Notes: generated from the letters alone by a model not told the origin. Positions 1 to 9,829 are shown, counted from the first letter of the stretch. The stretch is DNA of 64,000 nucleotides from a bacterium (GCA_030429765.1 JAUIER010000006.1:23925-87924); one strand, 5' to 3'. Translations and numbers: made by a program.

Positions 1-211
1 GTTGCCAGATCGAGGCCGCCGCCTTCACGGAAAGTTGCTGCCCCGCCACAGCCCGACATAGTAAAACCGGTAGTGACATCCGCCACCGCGGCTTGAGTTT
101 GACCGGCCCGACATGCGTCAGCGCGGCGGTCAGGTCCGGATGGATCGATCTGGACAGCCGCTTGAATCGGGAATGAATCTGGATATGCGTGAGCGTTTTA
201 TGCAATGCCAT
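1..211 (-). CDS. AlkA/HhH-GPD family DNA-3-methyladenine glycosylase, N-terminal part (runs off window)
   Basis: Not in ORF track. Manual translation from ATG at 211 gives MALHKT...LLCRAVAGQQLSVKAAASIWQ, matching the HhH-GPD 'R.I.GQQLS.KAA..IW' motif. Confidence 0.75.
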   Translation of the reverse strand, partial: MALHKTLTHIQIHSRFKRLSRSIHPDLTAALTHVGPVKLKPRWRMSLPVLLCRAVAGQQLSVKAAASIWQ

Positions 212-212
212 G

Positions 213-2708
213 CTATTTATTCAGTTGAGATCCGTACACCTCGATTTCGTACAACGAGACGCCGTAGGTGTTGCTCCGCTCCGTCGTGAAGATTCTCACA
301 TAACGTCCGCGGCCTGAAATCGACGGCAATTCTTCTTTGCCGCCTAACCCGTTCGCCTTGGTCAAGACGTCCGTCCACTGCACACCGTCATCCGACACCT
401 GCACGCTGTAAGACTTGGCCGCTCCCAGATCCACCCAATGCAGCACCATGCGGGAAATATGATAACGTTGACCGAGGTCCACGGCAATCCACTGCGGATC
501 CGACGCGTCAGCCTGCCAGCGCGTCCGGGAACTGCCATCCACCGCGTTTTGCGGGTCCAATGACTTGTGAATCGTCGACGCGGTCGCCTTTTGGTTCAAA
601 GCCAGATTACGCACCAGCAATTTGTCGACGGGCTTAAGCGGAAGCTCTTCATCCGACGACGTTTCCCGACGGTCAAAACACATCTGACCGGCACAGCGGC
701 TCTGGCAGCAGAATCCGCCGCAACACTCATCGTCACCGGAACACATCTCGCCATCCCAGCGGCAACTCGGTACATCCGGCTCCGCGCCGGCCTCAAAGGC
801 GCCGATATCCCAACCGCTATTGTGTGGACGTTTACCAAAATTGTAGTCTGTCGCGAATTGTTCCAACAACGCCTCCCCACGATCCCGCGCCGGTGAACCG
901 TCACGTGTCTGAAAATCCGAAAGCTTCAGCGCGCTGACATCACTCCAATCCGAACGGTTTAATTGCGGATCCGCAAAGATGCTATTCTTATCCACACCAA
1001 ACGCCTTCTGCCATGAGGCCAAGGTGTACTTGCCTGGCCCATAGTATTCCATAAATGGATACTTCATGTCAGCCGGAGCGAAGTAAATATTGTTATCCCA
1101 ACTGATCCCGTCGTCGGGCCCCTTTTTGATCGGCCCGCGTTGTGCCAATGTGGTGTGGACCGGATACTGACAAATGACAATATTATTGCGGATGAAAGAA
1201 TTGTAGCTTCGTTCTCCCCAATTGCTCATCAGTATCCCGACATAGATATCTTCAAATTCCTGGGCATCTCCGTCGGGTGTGATGATGATATTGTTGAAGA
1301 TATCCGAATTCTTGATCCCGAAACTCCCCTTGCCTTCGGCTGAAGAAATACCGTATCGTGAGCCGATGATCAGATTATTGTAAATGCGGGCATTGGTAAA
1401 ATGACCGCTTGGGTCCTCAGCCGCCATCGTGATCCCCATCTGCCGTAACTTTCGACGGATCTTGGCCCAAAATTGCCCCTGCTTTTCCGGCCATCCATAC
1501 AAATCATATGGATCCTGCCGCGTGGCTAAAATGATATTCCGCCGGACAATCTGATTGGCTCCGACACCGACATAAATCCCCACACTGAAGTTGTCGACGA
1601 CGATATTGTCTTCAATAATCGCGTCATCAATCCCCTGAATGCCTTCGCCTCCGTTATCCATGACGATATTACCGGCCACATAACTCGTCGCCGACGGCGC
1701 CAGCGCGGCCTGCCACAACCCGTCCACGTTGTTGTCCGAGCGATGACCGCGCGGCCAGTTGTTCATGACATTTCCATACACCAGATTACGGGTGATGCGA
1801 CAGTACTTCAAATCCTTGTAAATACTCAACCCGGCGCGGTTGGCAAACATAAACCGGCAGTTATCAAAATTGATATGGCTGCCGCTGGAAACCCAGGGCG
1901 AGGCCTTGCTTCCTACAAAGGTCAATCCGTAAAATGTGATGTAGGAAGGATTATAGGAAAAGTACATCGACCAGCGCTCATCCTCGGGACCACTGTTGTC
2001 GAGGACGATCGTGTCGCGGTCATCCGGATTAAATCCGCCGGTGAACACATACAGCCATCCGGTCTTGTTATCCCACCACCAGTCACCATATTTCTGGACA
2101 CCTTTTAATCCCGGATTCTTGGTCGAGGTGACCATGTGAAAGGACCGAAAATCATTATCGATAATGACCTGATGAATGCCTTCGGCAAACGTCCCGCCCC
2201 CGCCGGTCATGTCGGTTTGGATCTTAAAAATATTCTTCGTATGCGGCTCCCAGCGTTTGTCACGAAGATCCAATTGTTGGGTCACGATGACCTCCCCGTC
2301 GCCGTAAGGGCCGATAATCATCCGGTTGTTTTCATCGTTCTGCGACCAATACGGCGGGCCATAAAACCACGGCCACGTTTCATAATACGTGCCGGCCTTG
2401 ATCATCACGCGCGCGCCTTTGCCCGGATCGACATATTGCTGAATTGTCGCCCTTATCGTTCGCTTGGGCCCCTTGTTGGTGCCCGGAATCCAGTCAGGAT
2501 GCCGGCCGTCATAGTCATCATGGCCGTTGGTCCCGTCGATATACCAGTTATTACCCTGCCCCGGACTGAGCTTCAATTGATCTTTCTTGGTCCCGTCATA
2601 GTGACGACTATCCAAGAGATTAATGATCCGCGGATCCAGCGACGGTTCATAAGCCTCAACCGAAACGGACAGTAACAAAATCAGTAATGCTAATATCGTT
2701 TTATACAT
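213..2708 (-). CDS. Secreted right-handed beta-helix protein with Cys-rich linker and C-terminal F5/8 type C (CBM32/discoidin) domain
   Basis: Signal peptide; beta-helix repeats (N.I..N); SPARDRG...WDIGAFE cap; CBM32 motifs AVDGSSRTRW, QWIAVDLG, RYVRI, SLYEIEVYG. Confidence 0.8.
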   Translation of the reverse strand: MYKTILALLILLLSVSVEAYEPSLDPRIINLLDSRHYDGTKKDQLKLSPGQGNNWYIDGTNGHDDYDGRHPDWIPGTNKGPKRTIRATIQQYVDPGKGARVMIKAGTYYETWPWFYGPPYWSQNDENNRMIIGPYGDGEVIVTQQLDLRDKRWEPHTKNIFKIQTDMTGGGGTFAEGIHQVIIDNDFRSFHMVTSTKNPGLKGVQKYGDWWWDNKTGWLYVFTGGFNPDDRDTIVLDNSGPEDERWSMYFSYNPSYITFYGLTFVGSKASPWVSSGSHINFDNCRFMFANRAGLSIYKDLKYCRITRNLVYGNVMNNWPRGHRSDNNVDGLWQAALAPSATSYVAGNIVMDNGGEGIQGIDDAIIEDNIVVDNFSVGIYVGVGANQIVRRNIILATRQDPYDLYGWPEKQGQFWAKIRRKLRQMGITMAAEDPSGHFTNARIYNNLIIGSRYGISSAEGKGSFGIKNSDIFNNIIITPDGDAQEFEDIYVGILMSNWGERSYNSFIRNNIVICQYPVHTTLAQRGPIKKGPDDGISWDNNIYFAPADMKYPFMEYYGPGKYTLASWQKAFGVDKNSIFADPQLNRSDWSDVSALKLSDFQTRDGSPARDRGEALLEQFATDYNFGKRPHNSGWDIGAFEAGAEPDVPSCRWDGEMCSGDDECCGGFCCQSRCAGQMCFDRRETSSDEELPLKPVDKLLVRNLALNQKATASTIHKSLDPQNAVDGSSRTRWQADASDPQWIAVDLGQRYHISRMVLHWVDLGAAKSYSVQVSDDGVQWTDVLTKANGLGGKEELPSISGRGRYVRIFTTERSNTYGVSLYEIEVYGSQLNK

Positions 2709-2806
2709 ATTTTCCTTTCATAAATCAGGGGCAGTGGACTTCCTCTATATATAAATCATTCCTCCGACAACGGGGTAATTTTCGAATCTCTCAGTAAAAA
2801 TCCTAT

Positions 2807-3451
2807 CTACTTACTCTTTATTTTTTTAAGCCAAGACTTAAAACCATCTTCCCCATATTCGAAAGTCATTTCATCTAATGTTAATAGCTCGTCATTAAAA
2901 TCCTTATCTGGTGTATAGGTAATAGAGTACCATTTAACTATATCGTTAAAAACATCTTTGACATTCTCCATCCGCACCTGAATAACGTTTCTAGTAACTT
3001 CAAATACCGCTCGCGAAGTACTACCTCGAATACTATCACTTATGTCAACTGAATTTGGCAATGGAACCTCCTTAAGCTGAAATATTAGATAGCTACTATA
3101 TCTTTGAGAATCCAAATTTTCGGGCCTCTCTATAGTCTTTATTCGAGTACCCAAATCTGATTCCATAAATATTTCAGTAGTTCTTAAAGCATCCATCTGA
3201 GCAAGCGCCATATGAATATCTACAATTTCATGTCTGATTTCTGTAATTGCATTAAAATGGTTTTCAATTTTAGGTTGTAGATTTATCACCTGATTTATCT
3301 GTGGTTCTAGCACAGTCAATTTGTCAGAATTCACACATCCTTGCACAACACTAAAAATACTTATTATCAAAGCTCCTAGGGCGATCATGTCCGACTTGTC
3401 CCATGTTTTTAAGGATGACCAAATATTATGTAACATACTTTTAATATTCAT
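2807..3451 (-). CDS. Hypothetical AT-rich protein with N-terminal TM anchor
   Basis: 214-aa ORF with one hydrophobic segment; visibly AT-rich relative to flanks. Confidence 0.6.
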   Translation of the reverse strand: MNIKSMLHNIWSSLKTWDKSDMIALGALIISIFSVVQGCVNSDKLTVLEPQINQVINLQPKIENHFNAITEIRHEIVDIHMALAQMDALRTTEIFMESDLGTRIKTIERPENLDSQRYSSYLIFQLKEVPLPNSVDISDSIRGSTSRAVFEVTRNVIQVRMENVKDVFNDIVKWYSITYTPDKDFNDELLTLDEMTFEYGEDGFKSWLKKIKSK

Positions 3452-3491
3452 TCAAATAAGTCCATACTATTAAATAATCTCTAAAATTCAT

Positions 3492-3836
3492 TCACTTATA
3501 AACTCTAATTACCTGGATCACTCCAACTATTTCTTTATTCAATTGCTCCAAATCTTCCGCCGGTATCCACCATTCGGTATGATGCACCGCACCCACGGTT
3601 TTGATTGGATACCGATACATAAATTCCTTCATCACCTCAAACCGGGCGACATAGCCCACTCCACAATCCGGAACATTCCATTTGATTGTGATTTCTTTGG
3701 CATAATCTTCATTCGTGACCGGATAAAATATCGGCTGGCCTGGCAACCTCGGCGGCCATTTTGTGTATCCACTTGGCTTGACCAGCTCCAACTCTTGGGG
3801 GCCGACGGGTCGATACAATGTAATCGTTTCTTTCAT
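3492..3836 (-). CDS. Conserved small protein (family often annotated ADP-ribosylation/crystallin J1-associated)
   Basis: TLYRPVGPQELELV...WPPRLPGQPIFYPV...EWWIPAEDL motif. Confidence 0.7.
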   Translation of the reverse strand: MKETITLYRPVGPQELELVKPSGYTKWPPRLPGQPIFYPVTNEDYAKEITIKWNVPDCGVGYVARFEVMKEFMYRYPIKTVGAVHHTEWWIPAEDLEQLNKEIVGVIQVIRVYK

Positions 3837-3860
3837 AATATTGTTACCAGAATCATTCGA

Positions 3861-4781
3861 TCAAGCATCATCCGGCAGCGGGATAAATTCATCGTCACCT
3901 TTGACGGAGGCAAAACGTTTGGCCTTCCAATCGGCCTTGGCCTGTTCGATGCGGTCTTTGCGGCTGGAGACAAAATTCCACCAGATATGCCGTGGCCCGT
4001 CAAGCGGCTCACCGCCCACGACGACCAGTCGCGCGTCGCTGATCGCGGCCACATCCAGGACATCGCCCGGCCGCAACACCAGTAATTGCATCGGCGGGTA
4101 GGTGATGCCCGCGATATTGATCTCGCCGGACAAGGCATAGATCGCGCGCTCTTCATAATCGGCCGGTATCGAAAATCGCTGGCCGGCCTTGAGCCGCACA
4201 TCAAAATACAACGTCGGTGACGGCATCTGCACCGGTGACGTCACCCCCTCGAACGATCCGGCAATGATCCTCATCATCCGTCCATCTTCCTCGATGACCG
4301 GAATCTCCGGCTTTTTGAATTGCGTAAAGGTGCACTCATCCTCTTCCCGATCTTTAGGTAGGGCAATCCATGATTGAATACCAAATAATCGTGAAGGATT
4401 CTTTCGGACATCAGGCCCGGTGCGTTCCGAATGCACGATCCCTGATCCGGCCTTCATCAAATTAATATCACCGGGATAAATCGTCTCGTGGTATCCGAGC
4501 GAATCGGCATGATCAATCGATCCGTCAAACAAATAGGTCAACGTCGCCAGTCCGATATGCGGATGCGGCCGCACGTCCAACCCGTGACCGCTGATAAATT
4601 CTCCCGGTCCCATCTGATCAAAAAAGATAAACGGGCCGACCGTCCGTCGACTACTCGACGGCAGCGCGCGTCGAACCTCAAATCCCCCTAAATCGCCCGT
4701 GCGGGGAATCACAATCGTCTCTATCGCCTCCGGACATCCGTCCTGCTGACATTCCGGATCCTGTGCGGGTAACCAGCTCAT
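3861..4781 (-). CDS. Pirin family protein
   Basis: GPFIFFDQMGP, PHPHIGLATLTYLF, AGSGIVHSE, WWNFVSS; probable ATG at 4781 after AGGAGA RBS. Confidence 0.92.
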   Translation of the reverse strand: MSWLPAQDPECQQDGCPEAIETIVIPRTGDLGGFEVRRALPSSSRRTVGPFIFFDQMGPGEFISGHGLDVRPHPHIGLATLTYLFDGSIDHADSLGYHETIYPGDINLMKAGSGIVHSERTGPDVRKNPSRLFGIQSWIALPKDREEDECTFTQFKKPEIPVIEEDGRMMRIIAGSFEGVTSPVQMPSPTLYFDVRLKAGQRFSIPADYEERAIYALSGEINIAGITYPPMQLLVLRPGDVLDVAAISDARLVVVGGEPLDGPRHIWWNFVSSRKDRIEQAKADWKAKRFASVKGDDEFIPLPDDA

Positions 4782-4799
4782 AGTGTTCTCCTTGTATTT

Positions 4800-4812
4800 G
4801 GGGACAGCGCCC
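4800..4812 (+). repeat. REP-like junction motif GGGGACAGCGCCC
   Basis: Direct read; recurs at other gene junctions. Confidence 0.75.
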
Positions 4813-4931
4813 ACTGTTTGACACGGCCTTTATTGTACCGTCAGGCGCGCGTTCACGCCATTTATAATATTCACCCCGCCGAGATTCGGGAGTTGACAGC
4901 GTCAACGTTCATCCGATACTATAAACCAGCT

Positions 4932-5705
4932 ATGCGAACGATTCCCTTCGAGACCCATTCTTATTACAGTTACCAGGGCACGTTGAAAGAACCCCGGATT
5001 ACACATCGACGTGAGACCCTGGACGTGTTTTTATGCCGGGAAAATCTTTTTTCCTACGAGATTGAAAAGATCGGTGTTGTGCCGCCCCGACACATCATCA
5101 ATCACGTCCTGAAATCTGGCGAAGCGCGCAGCTATTTCTGGGAAGGATTTGAGATCGACGAAGCGGAGTACCAAGAGCTGTGCCAAACCCTATCGGACAA
5201 ATCGGATGGCTATTGCGTCCAGGTTCCGGATCTCGCGGGGTACAAAACTTATCAAAGCTGGTGGCGCGCGCTGGTCGACAAGATTCACAACAACCCCCGC
5301 TTTAAGCCGATCACAAATTGGTCGGTTCAGAACGACTTGATCGGCATTCCCATCGGACCCCAGCAGTGGATCGTCCGGGACTCTCACATCAAACATGACG
5401 AAGCCGTCAATGTGGATCGCCTCCTGAAACCTCTCAATGATTTCCTGCGTCGATTGGAAACTGCGTGCGTGGCCGATTGCTGCGGAATGGCGGCCTTTGA
5501 TCTCTATCCGGAAAACATCAACGAACGTTTATCTCAAGACGATAAACTCAAGGTCATCCCCCTCCTTGAATCCACGATCCAAACGCTGCAGGAGCTTCCG
5601 GCATCGCATCAATATCTCAAAAGTGAACGGCTCAACAGCACCCTGACCCGTGCTGCAATGGTTCAAGTCTTTCAGCATATTTTGGATGTGATCTCTCGGG
5701 GATAA
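4932..5705 (+). CDS. Hypothetical protein with C-terminal Cys motif (DUF6331-like)
   Basis: LETACVADCCGMAAF motif; ATG at 4932 chosen as the likely start. Confidence 0.55.
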   Translation: MRTIPFETHSYYSYQGTLKEPRITHRRETLDVFLCRENLFSYEIEKIGVVPPRHIINHVLKSGEARSYFWEGFEIDEAEYQELCQTLSDKSDGYCVQVPDLAGYKTYQSWWRALVDKIHNNPRFKPITNWSVQNDLIGIPIGPQQWIVRDSHIKHDEAVNVDRLLKPLNDFLRRLETACVADCCGMAAFDLYPENINERLSQDDKLKVIPLLESTIQTLQELPASHQYLKSERLNSTLTRAAMVQVFQHILDVISRG

Positions 5706-5710
5706 GAATC

Positions 5711-5721
5711 GGGACAGCGCC
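5711..5721 (+). repeat. REP-like motif GGGACAGCGCC
   Basis: Lies between convergent stop codons at 5705 and 5721. Confidence 0.7.
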
Positions 5722-6125
5722 TACATTTTTCGTTTCGCTGAATCGGCCCTTCGTAAACCATAGTAAAGCGAAAATACAACCAAAGAAATCAACAGATCGG
5801 TCCACCGCCCATCGTACTGAGTCAGTCCGTAAACGAACAACCCAAATTGCCCCGCCGCCGCTGCCAGTAAAAAATAAATTCCCCATCGCCATTTGGCGGC
5901 CAGGAAACTCGTCAATAAGTAGGCCAAACTCAAATACTGCCAAACTTCTTCCGTCCGCCAACGGTGATATCGAAAAGCAATTAGATCCTCCGGCGATGTT
6001 CCACCCAATCGATAGGACAGCCCTTGGTACACATAGTGATTCATGTAGCAGAATCCGGCATACAAAAACATAAACATGATCAGCGGGGCGTACGGTCTGT
6101 TGGGGTCTTTGGATTTTTGAGTCAT
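5721..6125 (-). CDS. Hypothetical membrane protein (~4 TM)
   Basis: 134-aa hydrophobic ORF. Confidence 0.6.
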   Translation of the reverse strand: MTQKSKDPNRPYAPLIMFMFLYAGFCYMNHYVYQGLSYRLGGTSPEDLIAFRYHRWRTEEVWQYLSLAYLLTSFLAAKWRWGIYFLLAAAAGQFGLFVYGLTQYDGRWTDLLISLVVFSLYYGLRRADSAKRKM

Positions 6126-6158
6126 TATCTATAGCCGCACTTCAAATGCGATATTAGT

Positions 6159-6170
6159 GGGAGCTGTCCC
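6159..6170 (-). repeat. REP-like motif, inverted copy (GGGAGCTGTCCC on +)
   Basis: Reverse complement is GGGACAGCTCCC. Confidence 0.7.
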
Positions 6171-6176
6171 TCGATT

Positions 6177-6395
6177 TTATTCGTCGAGCTCATTTAAAAC
6201 CCCACATCCAGATGTACAATTAAATAGCCATCTCTCAAATCCCCTAAGGTCATCCGCATAGAATTCGCAACCCATCCAGCTTTTATCATCTATTCTCTCA
6301 ATAGGACATGTGGCTAAAATTCTGATTCTGTATGAGATCAATTCACGCATAACCTCGGTAAAATATTCTTCTGGCACTGTGAGTTTGTATTTCAT
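6177..6395 (-). CDS. Small hypothetical protein
   Basis: 72-aa AT-rich ORF packed with neighbours. Confidence 0.5.
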   Translation of the reverse strand: MKYKLTVPEEYFTEVMRELISYRIRILATCPIERIDDKSWMGCEFYADDLRGFERWLFNCTSGCGVLNELDE

Positions 6396-6406
6396 ATGAC
6401 TGGTGT

Positions 6407-6760
6407 CTACTTTTTCAACTTCTCCAATTCAGCCCGAACAAAATATACAGTCTTGGGTTGTCCATCATCGACGGATTCACTCATTTCAACTTTGTATAGT
6501 GTTCCATCTGAACGTGTAAGGATGTCCAATACAGTCCCTTCCTTACCCAAGAAACTGGCTGAATCTGAACATATAGACTTCCTAATCTTCACCCGACACC
6601 CCTTTTCCAATTCGCTAAAACAAATAATGCATGTACCGGGCACCAATTCTCCCGGTGTACCTTCTGGCCACATTTTTTCGTACCAATCCGGATCTCTGAC
6701 CAATATATGATAGAAGTCGCCACAAACTGGACACTTGCAAAACACCCTTGATGTCTCCAT
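6407..6760 (-). CDS. Hypothetical protein with CxxC...CxxC zinc-ribbon-like N-terminus and SH3/KOW-like C-terminus
   Basis: CPVC and CIIC pairs; GCRVKI...EGTV...YKVEM...ELEKL pattern. Confidence 0.55.
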   Translation of the reverse strand: METSRVFCKCPVCGDFYHILVRDPDWYEKMWPEGTPGELVPGTCIICFSELEKGCRVKIRKSICSDSASFLGKEGTVLDILTRSDGTLYKVEMSESVDDGQPKTVYFVRAELEKLKK

Positions 6761-6773
6761 TCTAAATACTGGT

Positions 6774-7139
6774 TTAGCGCTCGACCAAGATTAAACTTGG
6801 CTTACCATTATTCTCGACTATGCGATACGTCTTGTTCGCTTCAACATTTATATTCAACTTATAATCTTTATACTTTGGATTTACATCTTCCCCAAATCTG
6901 TCATTCCGCTCACGCACTAACACTTCATGGCGTCCTTTTGAAACTAAAACTAAAGGGACAATCGTGACGAAAATTCCGTGCTTCCTGCGATTCGGCAATT
7001 CACCGTTAACCGAAATAATTTCATACGTTGAGCCGACCACATAGTCCTCAATCACGGCATGACGCCAATGAGCCATTTGTGATATCCAGATACAGATAGC
7101 GAGAATAAATAATAGTCCGTATATTACTATTTTATTCAT
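6774..7139 (-). CDS. Hypothetical exported protein
   Basis: N-terminal hydrophobic segment; AT-rich. Confidence 0.55.
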   Translation of the reverse strand: MNKIVIYGLLFILAICIWISQMAHWRHAVIEDYVVGSTYEIISVNGELPNRRKHGIFVTIVPLVLVSKGRHEVLVRERNDRFGEDVNPKYKDYKLNINVEANKTYRIVENNGKPSLILVER

Positions 7140-7160
7140 TGTATGAAATTCTTAAGGCAC

Positions 7161-7853
7161 CTAATTGGGCTTCACGCTCACATCAAACCGCTCTTCGGGC
7201 CAGTGTAGATCGGGATTCGGCGGCAGGACGGCGGCGGGTCCGATGTGTTGTTCGCAGAACGCCTTGATTGTGTCGGGATTATACTTCTGATACGTGACGG
7301 CGTTGAACAAGCGCATCCCGCGGGAAATCACATTCAACTTTCGTTGACTCCGACCGGCATCGCGATATTGGGCGGCCGATTGAATGGGCAGATCACCCAA
7401 CAAGATCATCCCGCCGGGCTTAACGAGTCGTCCGAACTCTCTGATCACCTGCATGGCCTGATCCACGTCGGGCATGTACTCAAACACGCTCCAGCTGTAA
7501 ATCTTGTCAAACGATTGGTCCGGCCAGTCAATCGAAACGTCGGTGACATGCTTGACCTCAACATTTGACAACGTGTCCGTGTTAGCGGCCGCCAGCTCTA
7601 TCATCCGACGGTTAGGGTCCACCCCGACCATATGCTGACATTTAGGTGACATCAGTTTTAAATGCATCCCGTTGCCGCAGCCGTAGTCCAGCACGACGTC
7701 CGACGGTTGCGGAGCGATCTGCGTCAAAAGATGCGCCTCGATGGCCGCGTTTTCCTGATCCGTCCAGCTGTTCACCCGTGCCGACTCGCCGTCAAAAATC
7801 CGCCCGCGCAGATTAAACCATTGATGATAAATCGCGCTGCTCAACCACCCCAC
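7161..7853 (-). CDS. Class I SAM-dependent methyltransferase
   Basis: VLDYGCGNG motif I, SFDKIYS, LVKPGG; GGAGG RBS before GTG. Confidence 0.88.
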   Translation of the reverse strand: MGWLSSAIYHQWFNLRGRIFDGESARVNSWTDQENAAIEAHLLTQIAPQPSDVVLDYGCGNGMHLKLMSPKCQHMVGVDPNRRMIELAAANTDTLSNVEVKHVTDVSIDWPDQSFDKIYSWSVFEYMPDVDQAMQVIREFGRLVKPGGMILLGDLPIQSAAQYRDAGRSQRKLNVISRGMRLFNAVTYQKYNPDTIKAFCEQHIGPAAVLPPNPDLHWPEERFDVSVKPN

Positions 7854-7873
7854 ACTTTAATCCTCCAAAAAGA

Positions 7874-7885
7874 GGGACAGCGCCC
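7874..7885 (+). repeat. REP-like motif GGGACAGCGCCC(ACATT)
   Basis: Same sequence, including the ACATT tail, as the copy at 26670. Confidence 0.75.
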
Positions 7886-7915
7886 ACATTCATCAAGTGA
7901 GTACTGCCCTTGTAA

Positions 7916-8452
7916 TTACAATGGATATTGAATTCTTCCTAATCGGGGCCCTCTACCTTGCCAATGGTTTCCATTAAACTCACCACGTAATAATGCTCGA
8001 TCAGTCAGTATATCTCCTGTCCAGATGTATATCCTTAAAACACCTAGTTTATTTTTCATCTCTTCGAAATGCGATAATTCATATGACTCGAAAACTGCGA
8101 TTCTCTCCTGTGGGTGAAAAAATATGACCGCTCCTAACAATGCCTCTGAACTGAAGGTATGCCTCATATAATACCTCAATGCTAACTCTGCTGCTTTGTA
8201 GTCGACAATCTTTTTATCAATATGGTTAAACCAATCAATAACTCGACAATTTTGATTTTGGACATTTCTGAGCTCCACGGGATCACCGACCGCGGTCACT
8301 TTATTCGTTTCATTACAAAACGCTATTTTCGTTGTCCCTTCCAGACTCTTACCGCCCGGTAAGGTTTTTACAAACAATTTTTCTTTATCTATTCTTACGT
8401 AGACTCGAGGATATGTGAATGGTCCACGTAGTAAGTTTATTAGTGACGGCAT
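7916..8452 (-). CDS. Hypothetical protein, weakly like short YjaA/MreB-N-terminal-type proteins
   Basis: AVGD...FNH...IVDYKAAELALRYYM...HP pattern; AT-rich. Confidence 0.45.
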   Translation of the reverse strand: MPSLINLLRGPFTYPRVYVRIDKEKLFVKTLPGGKSLEGTTKIAFCNETNKVTAVGDPVELRNVQNQNCRVIDWFNHIDKKIVDYKAAELALRYYMRHTFSSEALLGAVIFFHPQERIAVFESYELSHFEEMKNKLGVLRIYIWTGDILTDRALLRGEFNGNHWQGRGPRLGRIQYPL

Positions 8453-8489
8453 ATTATTGTTTTAAAGAGTGGCAGACGTAGCCCCTCCT

Positions 8490-9344
8490 TTAAAACACCT
8501 CCGGGATCCAGTTTTGTTTGTTAATCGGGGTGCGTTTGACCCGGCGTTTGGGACGCTTGGGGATCTTGACCGGTTTGGGCAGCACGTCTTTGTACTTGAT
8601 CATTGACAGCAGATGCGAGATGCAATTAAGCCGCGCGCGTTTTTTATCGTCGGCATTGACCACCCACCACGGCGACTCCTTGAGATCGGTATGTTTAAAC
8701 ATCACGTCCTTGGCCCGTGAATATTCCGGCCAGCGTTTGCGGGATTCCAGGTCCATCGCCGAGAGTTTCCAGCGTTTGAGCGGATCCTGACTGCGTTCCT
8801 GAAACCGCTTTTCCTGCACATCATCACTCACCGAAAACCAGTACTTAATCAGGATAATCCCCGAACGGATCAGCTCACGCTCAAACTGCGGCGTGGTCTG
8901 CAGGAATTCCTGATATTGCTGTTCCGTACAGAATCCCATCACCTTTTCAACACCGGCCCGGTTGTACCAGCTGCGGTCAAACAACACGATCTCACCGGCC
9001 GCCGGCAATTGACTGACATAGCGCTGAAAATACCATTGCGATCGTTCGCGTTCCGTCGGTGTAGTCAAAGCGACGATACGCACAACCCGCGGATTCAATC
9101 GCTGGGTGATCCGCTTGATCACGCCCCCCTTGCCGGCCGCGTCACGCCCTTCAAACAGCACCACCACCTTGAGGCCTTTGTGTTTGACCCATTCCTGCAG
9201 CTTGACCAGCTCGATCTGCAGCCGCTCCAGCTCAAATTCGTAATCCCGCCGGCTCAGCTTATCGGGGAATTTCTTGGACGCCTTCTTACGCGTCGATGCC
9301 TTTTTCTTGGTAGATTTTTTTCGGGTCGATTGCTTTTGGGTCAT
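8490..9344 (-). CDS. ppk2: Polyphosphate kinase 2
   Basis: FEGRDAAGKGG, FDRSWYNRAGVE, KRWKLS..D motifs. Confidence 0.95.
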   Translation of the reverse strand: MTQKQSTRKKSTKKKASTRKKASKKFPDKLSRRDYEFELERLQIELVKLQEWVKHKGLKVVVLFEGRDAAGKGGVIKRITQRLNPRVVRIVALTTPTERERSQWYFQRYVSQLPAAGEIVLFDRSWYNRAGVEKVMGFCTEQQYQEFLQTTPQFERELIRSGIILIKYWFSVSDDVQEKRFQERSQDPLKRWKLSAMDLESRKRWPEYSRAKDVMFKHTDLKESPWWVVNADDKKRARLNCISHLLSMIKYKDVLPKPVKIPKRPKRRVKRTPINKQNWIPEVF

Positions 9345-9360
9345 GTCAGCTACCTTTCAA

Positions 9361-9381
9361 AATAGGGGTCAGCGCCCTATT
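9361..9381 (+). repeat. REP-like palindrome AATAGGGGTCAGCGCCCTATT
   Basis: Exact reverse complement of the copies at 16279 and 19217. Confidence 0.85.
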
Positions 9382-9382
9382 G

Positions 9383-9778
9383 TTATGTCTGTCGACGGTT
9401 GATAAAATAAAAGATCCCCATCAATAGCGGATAAATCAATAACATCTTGTACATATCGGACGGACGGGTGATCCGCTGGTCCAGCCATTGCAATTGACCG
9501 CGCGCGTCACACACCAAAAACACAATCAACGTACTCACCAGGATGATCGCCAGCAGCAACTGTATGGCCGCGTAAGGATCAACCCGGTCACGCCGGGTCC
9601 AAATGAACGTTCCCAAAATGTTTGGGACGACAAATCCCGCCAACAGGACGATAGACAACGCGTTTGATTGCGCCATCAATCCGATCGCCATGATCAACAG
9701 CCAGCACGTCGCGCCGAGCTGACTGCCGAACCAGCCCGCCGTGTTCCACTGAAATGTTCCGTTGCCTGTTTTAGCCAC
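9383..9778 (-). CDS. Hypothetical membrane protein
   Basis: GTG at 9778 after GGAGG; WNTAGWFGSQLG motif; 4 TM. Confidence 0.65.
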   Translation of the reverse strand: MAKTGNGTFQWNTAGWFGSQLGATCWLLIMAIGLMAQSNALSIVLLAGFVVPNILGTFIWTRRDRVDPYAAIQLLLAIILVSTLIVFLVCDARGQLQWLDQRITRPSDMYKMLLIYPLLMGIFYFINRRQT

Positions 9779-9829
9779 TCTGTTTGTCCTCCGGATTTGC
9801 CCAATATAGCGCTTCCCCTTATTATACAC

